DNA of 47,614 nucleotides from Hyphomicrobiales bacterium (lineage in GTDB: Bacteria; Pseudomonadota; Alphaproteobacteria; Rhizobiales; Rhizobiaceae), in NCBI GenBank assembly GCA_024224595.1, contig JAAENI010000898.1, forward strand, positions 1-47,614, read 5' to 3'. The position numbers and the translations under genes are program-made. The notes under the pieces were generated by a model. The model was not told the DNA's origin. It ran no database searches and worked only from the letters and a program-made list of their open reading frames with translations. Positions 35,366 through 44,975 of the stretch are shown piece after piece (the stretch's first letter is position 1; every line of letters begins with the position of its first letter).

Positions 35366-36793
35366 ATGAGTGAACTTTTATCACCAGTCGTGGCTGAAGA
35401 ACAACGATCACCGTTGCAACCCGATCGGGTTGAGTTGGCTGATCGGCAAAAAGTTTTAATCAAAACCTATGGTTGTCAGATGAATGTTTATGACAGCGAA
35501 CAAATGGGCGATGCATTGGCGGGTGACGGATATGAAGTGACCGGGAAGATAGAAGAAGCCAATCTGATTTTGCTCAATACCTGTCATATTCGAGAAAAAG
35601 CAGCAGAAAAGGTCTATTCAGATATTGGCCGGTTCAGGAAATTCAAAGAAGACAAAGCGGCAATCGGACAAAAGCTTGTGATTGGCGTGACGGGATGTGT
35701 GGCGCAGGCTGAAGGCAAGGAAATTCTTCATCGCGCACGGGCAGTTGATCTTGTGGTGGGTCCTCAGACCTATCACCGTCTGCCAGAAATTGTTGCCAGA
35801 GCACTCAATGGCGAAAGGGTCGTTGATACAGAATATGCAACTGAAGATAAATTTGAGTATTTGCCCAATTCTGAACCCTCACAGATCATAAAACGCGGCG
35901 TTACAGCGTTTCTGACTATCCAGGAAGGATGCGACAAGTTTTGTACCTTCTGTGTGGTTCCTTATACGCGCGGCTCTGAACAATCGCGGTCGGTCAAACA
36001 AATTGTTGATGAAGCCAAACGTTTGATCCTCTCAGGGGTACGGGAAATTACTCTTTTGGGACAAAATGTGAATGCGTGGCACGGTCAGGGTCCTGACGGC
36101 AATGAATGGGGACTTGGTGATCTGTTGTTTGAGCTGGCTAAATTGAGTGGCCTGGATCGATTGCGCTACACGACATCCCATCCCATAGACATGTCTGAGA
36201 ATAGCAAGGATCGGTTAATCGCCGCCCATCGCGACCTTGATATCGTGATGCCTTATTTGCATCTGCCGGTACAATCAGGATCGAGCCGAATTCTCAAGGC
36301 GATGAACAGGCATCACACCGCTGATGACTATTTGCGCGCGATTGATCGATTTCGGGCGGTTAGACCGGATATCGCTATTTCAGGTGACTTTATTGTCGGA
36401 TTTCCTGGAGAAAGTGAAGATGATTTTTACCTTACTTTAGATTTGATCAGGCAGGTGAAATACGCTTCTGCATTTTCGTTCCGTTATAGTTCCAGGCCCG
36501 GAACACCAGGAGCGTTAATGAAGGAAACCGTCTCGCTGGAAACTGCATCAGAACGGTTGCAGGAATTGCAAGCATTACTTAATATGCAGCAATATGACTT
36601 TAATAAACAATGTGTGGAGAAAACTATGAATGTGCTGGTTGAAAAACCGGGCAAACGTCCTGGACAATTAATCGCTCGTTCTCCATGGTTACAATCGGTA
36701 ATTTTGAACAATGGCACCGATGACATCGGTGATATTGTTCCGGTAAAAATCATCGAAGGAAGCCCCAACAGTCTCATTGGTATTCGGGTCTGA
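35366..36793 (+). CDS. miaB: tRNA-2-methylthio-N6-dimethylallyladenosine synthase
   Basis: The ORF is 475 aa. It has the UPF0004 N-domain (..[13 protein letters not shown]..), the radical-SAM motif CDKFCTFC and a TRAM C-terminus. Confidence 0.95.
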   Translation: MSELLSPVVAEEQRSPLQPDRVELADRQKVLIKTYGCQMNVYDSEQMGDALAGDGYEVTGKIEEANLILLNTCHIREKAAEKVYSDIGRFRKFKEDKAAIGQKLVIGVTGCVAQAEGKEILHRARAVDLVVGPQTYHRLPEIVARALNGERVVDTEYATEDKFEYLPNSEPSQIIKRGVTAFLTIQEGCDKFCTFCVVPYTRGSEQSRSVKQIVDEAKRLILSGVREITLLGQNVNAWHGQGPDGNEWGLGDLLFELAKLSGLDRLRYTTSHPIDMSENSKDRLIAAHRDLDIVMPYLHLPVQSGSSRILKAMNRHHTADDYLRAIDRFRAVRPDIAISGDFIVGFPGESEDDFYLTLDLIRQVKYASAFSFRYSSRPGTPGALMKETVSLETASERLQELQALLNMQQYDFNKQCVEKTMNVLVEKPGKRPGQLIARSPWLQSVILNNGTDDIGDIVPVKIIEGSPNSLIGIRV

Positions 36794-36826
36794 TTGATTG
36801 TGACAATAAACGGCAGTGTGGGATAA

Positions 36827-37885
36827 TTGGAAAACGCAGATCAGCTAAATGTTACGCCTGGTATAGATAAACCAGGGGGACGACAAAATAAGACAGACAA
36901 CTCCCATGTGGTTCTGTCTTTCGATGATAATCGGCATGCGGGAATTCTGTTTGGCAAATTTGATGAACATTTGGCGCTGATTGAGCAAAAACTTGGAATT
37001 GAAGCGGTAGCTCGCGGCAACGAAGTAGTTTTGCGTGGCGATCCATTGATGATGGAACGAGCCAAAACAGCTTTGTTGCATCTATATTCGCAATTGCAAT
37101 CGGGCATTGATATTGATTCAGGTGATGTGGATGGAGCAATTCGTTTGTCAGATTTGAACGCGAAAATGTCAGGCGTGAAGCGCTCAACGAAGGCTAAGTC
37201 TGGCAATGCCAATGCTGGTATTTCCACTTTCAAAAGAATCGTCAATGCACGCACCCACACCCAAAGCGCCTATATTCATGCTATGAGCGGAAGCGAACTG
37301 GTATTTGGAGTTGGACCAGCGGGCACGGGTAAAACATATCTTGCCGTTGCCTATGCAGCTTCACTTCTGGAAAAGGGTGCCATTGACCGGATTATCCTGA
37401 CGCGTCCGGCGGTTGAAGCAGGGGAACGTCTGGGATTCCTTCCCGGTGATATGAAAGAGAAAGTCGATCCTTATCTTCGACCGCTTTATGATGCTCTTTA
37501 TGATATGATGCCCGGAGACAGAGTGGAGCGAGCGATCACGTCCGGTGAAATTGAAATTGCTCCATTGGCATTTATGCGAGGGCGAACACTCGCCAATTCA
37601 GCAATAATTCTTGATGAAGCGCAAAATACAACGATGATGCAGATGAAGATGTTTCTCACCCGTCTGGGGGAAAATTCCTGTATGATTGTTACCGGTGATC
37701 CAAGTCAAATTGATTTGCCATCCGGACAAAAATCCGGACTGGTGGACGCATTGGAAGTATTAAAAAATGTCGAAGATATAAAGCAGATCAAATTCACCGC
37801 TTCGGATGTAGTGCGCCACCATTTGGTAACAAAGATAGTTGAAGCTTATGATCGTCCCGGTTCGTCATCTCGACCTAATTCATGA
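36827..37885 (+). CDS. phoH: PhoH-like ATPase
   Basis: The ORF is 352 aa. It has Walker A GPAGTGKTYLAVA, then ..LTRPAVEAGERLGFLPGD.. and ..ILDEAQN.. The track start is TTG and uncertain. Confidence 0.9.
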   Translation: MENADQLNVTPGIDKPGGRQNKTDNSHVVLSFDDNRHAGILFGKFDEHLALIEQKLGIEAVARGNEVVLRGDPLMMERAKTALLHLYSQLQSGIDIDSGDVDGAIRLSDLNAKMSGVKRSTKAKSGNANAGISTFKRIVNARTHTQSAYIHAMSGSELVFGVGPAGTGKTYLAVAYAASLLEKGAIDRIILTRPAVEAGERLGFLPGDMKEKVDPYLRPLYDALYDMMPGDRVERAITSGEIEIAPLAFMRGRTLANSAIILDEAQNTTMMQMKMFLTRLGENSCMIVTGDPSQIDLPSGQKSGLVDALEVLKNVEDIKQIKFTASDVVRHHLVTKIVEAYDRPGSSSRPNS

Positions 37886-37987
37886 GCAAGATCTGAATGC
37901 TTGTCAGAGAAATAGATTGATATGATTTTAGAGATTTTGCCTAAATGATAAACCTAATAGGGATTTCCGTGAAAGGAAATACGGATA

Positions 37988-38500
37988 TTGCAGCGATTTC
38001 CAGTAATTGAATTGAATATCGCTTGTGAGGGATGGTTGCCTGAGCGCGATTTGAATGAAATGGCGAACGCCTGTGTTGCTGCTGCCATAGTCAGTGCCCA
38101 ATTACGTCTGCCTCCAATTTCACAATTGAGTCTGTTATTTGATGGTGATGAGGCAATAAGATCATTGAACCAGCGGTTTCGCGGCCTGGACAATGCAACG
38201 AATGTTCTCTCATTTCCTGGAAGCAATCTTTCGCCGGGAGATGAAGCAGAAAATGTACTTGGTGATATCGCATTTGCGCTACAAACTATTAGAAATGAAG
38301 CAGACCTTGAAGGAAAGTCATTCGATCACCATTTGTCACATCTGATGATTCATGGTTTTTTACATCTTTTTGGTTATGATCATCTTAGGAATGAGGAAGC
38401 TGAACTGATGGAACAGCTTGAAATAAAAGCATTAGCCAATCTTGGGATTGAAAATCCATATCTGGAGACTCAATATTTTACACTTGTGAACAAAGAATGA
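37988..38500 (+). CDS. ybeY: rRNA maturation endoribonuclease YbeY
   Basis: The ORF is 170 aa with the zinc motif HLMIHGFLHLFGYDH. It has a TTG start, and an in-frame TGA just upstream prevents extension. Confidence 0.9.
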   Translation: MQRFPVIELNIACEGWLPERDLNEMANACVAAAIVSAQLRLPPISQLSLLFDGDEAIRSLNQRFRGLDNATNVLSFPGSNLSPGDEAENVLGDIAFALQTIRNEADLEGKSFDHHLSHLMIHGFLHLFGYDHLRNEEAELMEQLEIKALANLGIENPYLETQYFTLVNKE

Positions 38501-38501
38501 A

Positions 38502-39584
38502 ATGAACGATTCAGGTCATAGTATAAAGGCTGAAGCAGCCGGGAAAAATCAAAATTCGCTACTTCAGCCAGAAGAAACATCAACTTTTGACAGTTCTAAA
38601 TCAGAAGCAAATTTGTTGGTGGACGATTCCAATAATGAAAATCAAAAACTCCCGGTAAAAATGGGGTGGCTCCAGCGTGTCATGGGATTTGGCAAGACTG
38701 ATGCTACAAAAGTTCGCGAAGATCTTGTTGATGTTCTGGCTGAACAAAGTCATGCCGTTGATGGATTTACGGATGAAGAAAAAACGATGCTCAATAATGT
38801 CCTGCGGTTGCAGCACATAAGAGTTGAGGATGTTATGACACCGAGAGCTGAGCTGGAAGCCATTGATATGGACACAGGCCTTGGTGAATTGCTGGTTACA
38901 TTTGAGGAAACCGGGCACTCCAGGTTGCCTGTTTATGTCGAATCACTGGATGATCCCAGAGGGATGGTTCACATTCGAGATATTGTTTCCTATATCACAA
39001 AAACTGCCCGCCTGAATGAAGATGAGGCGGCATCACGAAAGAGAAAACTACCGGCAGATCTGGATTTGAAAAGGGTTTCACTTTCCAAGCCTTTAGGAGA
39101 ACTGAACCTGTTGAGGGAAGTGTTATTTGTGCCCCCATCGATGTTTGTATCAGATTTGATGGAGAAAATGCAGGCGGTCAGGATTCAAATTGCCCTTGTT
39201 ATTGACGAATATGGCGGGACAGACGGTTTGGTCTCTCTGGAAGATCTGGTTGAGGTTATTGTCGGCGACATTGAAGATGAGCATGATGAAGAAGAGACAG
39301 ATTTGATCTTTGAAAAATCTTCAGGTGTCTATATTTGTGATGCTAGGGCTGAGTTAGAAGACATTGTCGAGCGAGTAGGCAATAATTTCAATGTTGGCGA
39401 AATAGGCGATGATGTTGATACTGTCGGTGGACTAATTTTCGCAATTATTGGTCGGGTACCAGTGCGTGGAGAAGTCATTGAGGCGTTGGGATTTGAGTTT
39501 CGAGTGATTGATGCAGACCCTCGGCGTATCAAAAAAATTGAACTTGAACGCTCAAACAAAGTTTTGCGTAAAAATCCCGGTTAG
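38502..39584 (+). CDS. CBS-pair + CorC/HlyC domain protein (CorC/TlyC-like)
   Basis: The ORF is 360 aa. It contains ..VEDVMTPR.. (CBS) and a C-terminal transporter-associated domain ..DTVGGLIFAIIGRVPVRGE.. It shows the conserved ybeY-corC-lnt order. Confidence 0.88.
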   Translation: MNDSGHSIKAEAAGKNQNSLLQPEETSTFDSSKSEANLLVDDSNNENQKLPVKMGWLQRVMGFGKTDATKVREDLVDVLAEQSHAVDGFTDEEKTMLNNVLRLQHIRVEDVMTPRAELEAIDMDTGLGELLVTFEETGHSRLPVYVESLDDPRGMVHIRDIVSYITKTARLNEDEAASRKRKLPADLDLKRVSLSKPLGELNLLREVLFVPPSMFVSDLMEKMQAVRIQIALVIDEYGGTDGLVSLEDLVEVIVGDIEDEHDEEETDLIFEKSSGVYICDARAELEDIVERVGNNFNVGEIGDDVDTVGGLIFAIIGRVPVRGEVIEALGFEFRVIDADPRRIKKIELERSNKVLRKNPG

Positions 39585-39733
39585 CCAAATATTTGTTGCT
39601 GACTGATCAGTTGCCGGCTGCGGATCATGCAGAAATTGGGCAATCCTGAATATATTATTCGTGTGTGTGTCAATTGAACCTTGACCAAAACAGGTCTCCA
39701 GCTATTTCTGATTGAGCATTGTGCAGGTGATTC

Positions 39734-41368
39734 GTGATCAAGAATAAATTTAATCTGGAAAAAACATCAGGATTTTTTATGCTCCAATGGGGCTGGAAAC
39801 GATCCATGACAGCCTTTCTTGCGGGAGGATTTTCCGCGCTTGCACTTCCGCCCACAGATATGTTCTGGATATTATTTTTTACGTTTCCGGTTTTGGTCTG
39901 GTTAGTTGATGGAACCGCAGGAGATCCAGGAAATGGTATAATTGCGCGTGCCAGACCGGCATTTGTAACTGGCTGGTGGTTTGCTTTTGGTTACTTTCTT
40001 GCCGGATTGTGGTGGATTGGTGCAGCATTGCTGGTTGATGTGGACACCTATGCCTGGGTTGTGCCTCTTGCTGTATTGGGAATTCCCGCGTTTCTTGCCC
40101 TGTTTTGGGCTTTTGCGATTTCGCTGGCCCGATTGCTATGGAGTGACGACTGGCGCCGAATAGCCATACTGGCAACTTCTCTTGGGGTTGCGGAATTTGT
40201 ACGCGGAACTGTTTTTACCGGATTCCCGTGGAATTTGATCGGCTATGCAGCCGTGCCAAATGCGTTGATGATGCAAAGTGTATCAGTTTTGGGATCGTAT
40301 GGGATCACCCCACTGGCAATTTTGGTTTTTGCATCACCAGCGATTTTTGCGCCAGCTTCAGGAAAAAAACCACGTCGCGTTAGGGCGTTGTTGTCATTTT
40401 GTCTGTTACTCGTGGTCTTGCATACAGGATTTGGATATTGGCGTTTAAATAGCAATCCGACTCGTTTTGTCGATGAGGTCAGATTGCGAATTGTACAGCC
40501 GGCTATCCGGCAAAAAGAGAAGTGGCTGCCTGAAAACGAGGCTAAGATCTTCAAATCATATCTTGATTTATCCAATTCCTCAAAGGCTGACATTACGCAT
40601 TTTATCTGGCCAGAATCGGCATTTCCGTTTGTATTGACGCAAAGGAGAGACGCCCTTGCTGCTATTGCCGAACTGTTGCCACCTGATGCCTATCTGATTA
40701 CCGGGGCGATGCGGGTTGAAGCCGGATTGAGTGATGAAAACAAGCCTAGAGTATTTAATTCGGTTTACGTCATCAATCACAAAGGAGAAATTGCAGGAGC
40801 TGCCGATAAAACGCATTTGGTTCCATTCGGGGAATATCTTCCCTTCCAACAATATGCAGAAGGCCTTGGATTGCGGCAGCTAACCGGCATTGAAGGAGGA
40901 TTTAGTGAAGGGGCAACACGAACTGTTCTTTCTACCAAAACTGCTGGTCGCTTCCTGCCTTTGATTTGCTATGAAATAATTTTTCCAAACCATATCCGAC
41001 CATTAAACAAAAATCAAAATTTGCAAGGCTCTCAATCCGAAACAAGGAATATCAATTGGATTGTAAATGTTACGAATGATGCCTGGTTTGGAAAAACACC
41101 TGGACCCTACCAACATCAACGACAAGCGGTGATTAGAGGTGTTGAGGAAGGTTTGCCGGTCGTACGCGCGGCAAATAGTGGTATTTCCTCGGTCTCTGAT
41201 GCTTATGGGAGAGTCGTGGTGACACTTGGCCTTGGTGAAATTGGCAAACTGGATTCCGGACTGCCAAAGCCAGCCCAAAGTACCTATTATCAAAAAATCG
41301 GAAATTGGGGTTTCTTTATTATCACTGCGTTGATGGCCTTGTTGCCGATGTGGCGTCGAAATTACTGA
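39734..41368 (+). CDS. lnt: apolipoprotein N-acyltransferase
   Basis: The ORF is 544 aa. It has an N-terminal multi-TM region and a C-terminal nitrilase-like domain (..FIWPESAFPF.., ..PFGEYLP.., ..LICYEIIFP..). The track start is GTG. ATG 39779 is an alternative. Confidence 0.88.
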   Translation: MIKNKFNLEKTSGFFMLQWGWKRSMTAFLAGGFSALALPPTDMFWILFFTFPVLVWLVDGTAGDPGNGIIARARPAFVTGWWFAFGYFLAGLWWIGAALLVDVDTYAWVVPLAVLGIPAFLALFWAFAISLARLLWSDDWRRIAILATSLGVAEFVRGTVFTGFPWNLIGYAAVPNALMMQSVSVLGSYGITPLAILVFASPAIFAPASGKKPRRVRALLSFCLLLVVLHTGFGYWRLNSNPTRFVDEVRLRIVQPAIRQKEKWLPENEAKIFKSYLDLSNSSKADITHFIWPESAFPFVLTQRRDALAAIAELLPPDAYLITGAMRVEAGLSDENKPRVFNSVYVINHKGEIAGAADKTHLVPFGEYLPFQQYAEGLGLRQLTGIEGGFSEGATRTVLSTKTAGRFLPLICYEIIFPNHIRPLNKNQNLQGSQSETRNINWIVNVTNDAWFGKTPGPYQHQRQAVIRGVEEGLPVVRAANSGISSVSDAYGRVVVTLGLGEIGKLDSGLPKPAQSTYYQKIGNWGFFIITALMALLPMWRRNY

Positions 41369-41506
41369 ATATGTTTTTTGCGCCAGCCAGAACCAGCCTT
41401 CAAAATTCTCGAACTATGGCACAGGGAGAAACTGAGTATTAAGGGTACTGGACGATTTATCTTACCAGATTTTTGCAAATCCATTGCCAGAATGTGAAAT
41501 ACAAAA

Positions 41507-41940
41507 ATGAGCGAAGACAAGAAAACTCCTGACCCAATTGATATACGTGCTGGAAGCAGAGTTCGCTTGCGCCGTACGATGATGGGCTTGAGCCAGGAGA
41601 AACCTGGAGATAGCCTCGGCGTCCCGTTCCAGCAGATTCAGATGTCTGAAAAAGGTACAAATCTGTTGGTGGTATGCGGGCTCCAAAACATCGCGGTGGT
41701 TCTCAATATGCCGGTGGCATTTTTTTTTGAAGATGCCCCTCAATCTGCTGATAGAACTTCTGGTGAACAAATGAATGAGTCGAAATCCCCAAACTATATT
41801 GTGGTTTATTGTCCAGTTCAGAAGGCCAGTTCAGAAGGATTGCAGTTAAACCGGCCTTCGTGTAGATTGATGATATTGATATTCGCCGCAAAATAATTGA
41901 CCTGATCAAATCTGTGGCATCAGCGGATGAAGAAGAATAG
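41507..41940 (+). pseudogene. conserved lnt-metK XRE-family HTH regulator, apparently scrambled by indels, a tandem duplication and a stop
   Basis: The intact-looking 129-aa ORF is MSEDKKTPDPIDIRAGSRVRLRRTMMGLSQEK.. It departs from the family pattern I recall (..QKYEKGTNRVGASRLQNI...VDFLSSSEGLQLNRAFV.I.D..VRRK.IDL.K...).
- The alternative frame at 41662-41682 reads SVGGMRA.
- The 13-bp duplication lies at 41813-41838.
- Downstream of 41854 a shifted frame reads AFV*IDDIDIRRKIIDLIKSVASADEEE*, ending at 41940. Confidence 0.55.
41813..41838 (+). repeat. perfect 13-bp tandem duplication (CCAGTTCAGAAGG x2) inside the XRE ORF
   Basis: Direct reading shows 41813-41825 identical to 41826-41838. Confidence 0.95.
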
Positions 41941-42141
41941 TCAGTCTTGAAACTATGGCTGAGGGCTGGTTTGATGGTGATCCGGATCATATTTCACGGA
42001 AATTGCGATAAATGTCCGTTCTTGGATGATTTGCCTACTTGACCTTATTCACATGCGCTATAAAAGACTTTTCAACATTTGAGCTTAAAGAACAGCTAAC
42101 GCGTCCTATCCTGAGTGCGCGGACATCCTTTGGAGAATATT

Positions 42142-43386
42142 ATGTCGCGGAAGAATTACCATTTTACAAGTGAATCTGTTTCAGAGGGTCATCCTGACAA
42201 GGTTTGTGATCGAATTTCAGATGAAATTGTTGATCTTGTTTATAAGGAAGCGCTCAAAAGCGGTAATGATCCTTGGAGCGTGAGGGTTGCCTGCGAAACT
42301 TTAACGACAACTAATCGTGTAGTAATCGCTGGTGAAGTACGTGTGCCAAACAGTTTGTTGAAGACGGATAAAAACGGCAATCAGGTCATAAATCCCAGCC
42401 GCTTCCGTTCTGCGACACGTCGTGCAATTCGCGACATTGGTTATGAACAGGATGGGTTTCACTGGAAAAACGCAAAAATTGACGTTTTGCTGCATTCACA
42501 GTCAGCGGATATCGCCCAGGGTGTTGATAACTCTTCTGATCGCCAGGGTGAAGAGGGAGCGGGGGATCAGGGAATTATGTTTGGCTATGCCTGTCGAGAG
42601 ACGCCCGATTTGATGCCAGCGCCGATTTACTATTCTCACAAAATTCTAGAATTGATGGCAGATGCCCGGAAAAAGGGTGAAGGTGATGCTGCAAAGCTGG
42701 GACCAGATGCTAAATCTCAGGTTACCGTGCGTTATGAGGATGGCGCTCCGGTGGAGGCAACCCAAATTGTGGTATCGACCCAACACGTCGATGAAAGCTG
42801 GGATTCAAATAAAGTACGCGAGGTTGTTGAACCTTATATCCGCGAGGCAATGGGTGATCTCAAGATTGCTGATGAATGTGTCTGGCATATTAATCCGACC
42901 GGCAAATTTGTAATTGGTGGTCCCGATGGTGATGCCGGATTGACGGGACGTAAAATTATTGTTGATACTTATGGTGGCGCAGCACCTCATGGTGGTGGCG
43001 CGTTTTCCGGTAAGGATACAACAAAGGTTGATCGCTCGGCTGCCTATGCGTCGAGATATCTGGCAAAAAATGTAGTTGCTGCAAATCTGGCTGAACGGTG
43101 TACCATTCAGCTGTCATATGCCATTGGTGTCGCAGAACCATTGTCCATCTATGTTGATACTCACGGTACGGGTGAAATTGCTGATGCAGATCTGGAAGTG
43201 GTATTGGGTCAGGTCATGGATCTTTCTCCGTCGGGTATCAGGCGTCATCTTGATCTTAACAAGCCGATATATGCGCAGACATCCGCCTACGGCCATTTCG
43301 GCCGTAAACCTGGGCGCGGTGGATCTTTTTCCTGGGAAAAAACTGACCTTACAAAAACCCTAAAGGATGCCGTAAAAGCAATCTAA
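42142..43386 (+). CDS. metK: S-adenosylmethionine synthase
   Basis: Track ORF starts at 42115. ATG 42142 follows GGAG and gives [27 protein letters not shown].. Further motifs are ..[12 protein letters not shown].. and ..[19 protein letters not shown].. Confidence 0.96.
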   Translation: MSRKNYHFTSESVSEGHPDKVCDRISDEIVDLVYKEALKSGNDPWSVRVACETLTTTNRVVIAGEVRVPNSLLKTDKNGNQVINPSRFRSATRRAIRDIGYEQDGFHWKNAKIDVLLHSQSADIAQGVDNSSDRQGEEGAGDQGIMFGYACRETPDLMPAPIYYSHKILELMADARKKGEGDAAKLGPDAKSQVTVRYEDGAPVEATQIVVSTQHVDESWDSNKVREVVEPYIREAMGDLKIADECVWHINPTGKFVIGGPDGDAGLTGRKIIVDTYGGAAPHGGGAFSGKDTTKVDRSAAYASRYLAKNVVAANLAERCTIQLSYAIGVAEPLSIYVDTHGTGEIADADLEVVLGQVMDLSPSGIRRHLDLNKPIYAQTSAYGHFGRKPGRGGSFSWEKTDLTKTLKDAVKAI

Positions 43387-43408
43387 CGATATTAATATTG
43401 ATGATAAG

Positions 43409-44107
43409 ATGACTAACGAACGCAAGCAGCGGCGTGCAGGGGCATTTTTTGGACGCAGAAAGGCAAAGTCCCTGAAGCCATCACAAATAGTGTTGTTTGA
43501 GCAGCTATTGCCAAAGTTGAAGCTCGGTCTGTCTGAACCGGCTCCAGAAGACCTCAATCAGTTATTTGAATGTGACGCCGACAAAATTATCCTCGAAATC
43601 GGATTTGGCGGCGGCGAGCATTTGTTGCAGCGTTGCATTGAGCAGTCTGGGACTGGATTCATAGGTTGCGAACCCTTTATCAACGGTATGGGCACCGCTT
43701 TGTCGGAAGTTGCCAAAAACCAAATTTCAAATCTGCGTCTGTTTGATGAGGATGCGACTTGGCTGTTAAACTGGCTACCACCAAACTCAGTCAATATTAT
43801 ATATCTGTTATACCCTGATCCCTGGCCAAAAAAACGTCACTGGAAACGGCGGTTTGTGAATGAAGAAAATATCCGGCGATTTGCCAGGGTTTTGAAAAGT
43901 GGTGGTGAATTTCGCTTTGCATCCGATATCGCTCATTATGGGGACTGGACCTTGAACCATTTCGATAATAATAGCGATTTTCATCGGAGCGCTGAAACAA
44001 GAAACGATGGGTCACAACCGTGGCACGGATGGAAATCAACCCGGTATGAGAAAAAAGCCATTCGTGAGGGGCGCAATTCTGCCTATCTGACATTTGAGCG
44101 GTTATAA
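43409..44107 (+). CDS. trmB: tRNA (guanine46-N7)-methyltransferase
   Basis: The ORF is 232 aa. It contains ..ILEIGFGGGEHL.., ..LLYPDPWPKKRHWKRR.. Confidence 0.9.
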   Translation: MTNERKQRRAGAFFGRRKAKSLKPSQIVLFEQLLPKLKLGLSEPAPEDLNQLFECDADKIILEIGFGGGEHLLQRCIEQSGTGFIGCEPFINGMGTALSEVAKNQISNLRLFDEDATWLLNWLPPNSVNIIYLLYPDPWPKKRHWKRRFVNEENIRRFARVLKSGGEFRFASDIAHYGDWTLNHFDNNSDFHRSAETRNDGSQPWHGWKSTRYEKKAIREGRNSAYLTFERL

Positions 44108-44139
44108 ACATCAGCGATTATAAAGTCTTTCGAATATAC

Positions 44140-44168
44140 TTGCAAAATGGAATTTTCGACGTTATATT
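44140..44168 (+). promoter_or_regulatory. sigma-70-like promoter upstream of the rimP-nusA leader
   Basis: TTGCAA (44140-44145) -N17- TATATT (44163-44168). It lies 33 nt after the trmB stop and about 28 nt upstream of the terminator hairpin. Confidence 0.4.
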
Positions 44169-44195
44169 AGCGCCAAATTCTCCGAAATGTTCGCG

Positions 44196-44230
44196 AGAGT
44201 GGGTCCGAAAGGCACCCGCTCTTTTTTATT
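44196..44230 (+). terminator. intrinsic terminator (trmB terminator and/or rimP-nusA leader attenuator)
   Basis: The stem AGAGUGGGU / ACCCGCUCU (9 bp, one G-U) has the loop CCGAAAGGC and is followed by UUUUUAUU. It lies about 90 nt upstream of rimP. Confidence 0.55.
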
Positions 44231-44316
44231 GCCGGAAGATGGAGTTTCAGTATTTCTGGTGGCAATTCAGAGTAAGGAAAGTGGGCGCTCAAGGAAAATT
44301 TTTATCAGGAGTTTAG

Positions 44317-44928
44317 GTGACAATGAGCATACATCCACGAGATATCATTGAGAGCGGTATTGACGCGCGCGTGGCGGCTATTGTTGAGCCGGAGATTGAG
44401 GCTTTGGGTTTTCGTCTGGTGCGGGTTCAATTATCAGGTCAAAACGGTCGAACTATGCAGATCATGGTGGAGCGTCCTGATGGCATGATCAATGTCAGTG
44501 AATGTGAAGCTGTTTCGCGCGCGCTTTCGCCGCTTCTGGATATTGAGGAGCCTGTTCAAGGTAATTATCACCTGGAAATCTCTTCACCGGGAATTGATCG
44601 ACCATTGGTTCGCCGGTCAGATTTTGAGACTTGGGCAGGACATGTCGCTAAACTTGAAACGACACAAATGATAAACGGTCGTAAGCGGTTTAAAGGTACC
44701 ATCTTGGCAACGGATGGCAATGAGGTGACTTTTCGCCGTGAGTTGAATGATAATAATGATAATTGTGATTTTGTAATATGCATAGAAGATATGGCAAGTG
44801 TGAAATTGATTTTGACGGATGATCTGATTCGTGAATCCCTGCGCCGGGATAAAGCGCTGAGACAGGCAAACGGATTAGGCGAAAATGATCGAATCAGTGA
44901 TGATAACAGTGGTGAAATTAACGGATAG
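44317..44928 (+). CDS. rimP: ribosome maturation factor RimP
   Basis: The ORF is 203 aa. It contains ..RVAAIVEPEIEALGFRLVRVQL..MQIMVERPDG.. and ..LEISSPGIDRPL.. GTG 44317 or ATG 44323 follows AGGAG. Confidence 0.9.
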   Translation: MTMSIHPRDIIESGIDARVAAIVEPEIEALGFRLVRVQLSGQNGRTMQIMVERPDGMINVSECEAVSRALSPLLDIEEPVQGNYHLEISSPGIDRPLVRRSDFETWAGHVAKLETTQMINGRKRFKGTILATDGNEVTFRRELNDNNDNCDFVICIEDMASVKLILTDDLIRESLRRDKALRQANGLGENDRISDDNSGEING

Positions 44929-44975
44929 AGTAGTATCCAGGACCGATAACAATTCAAACAGTCAGGAGAATAAAT

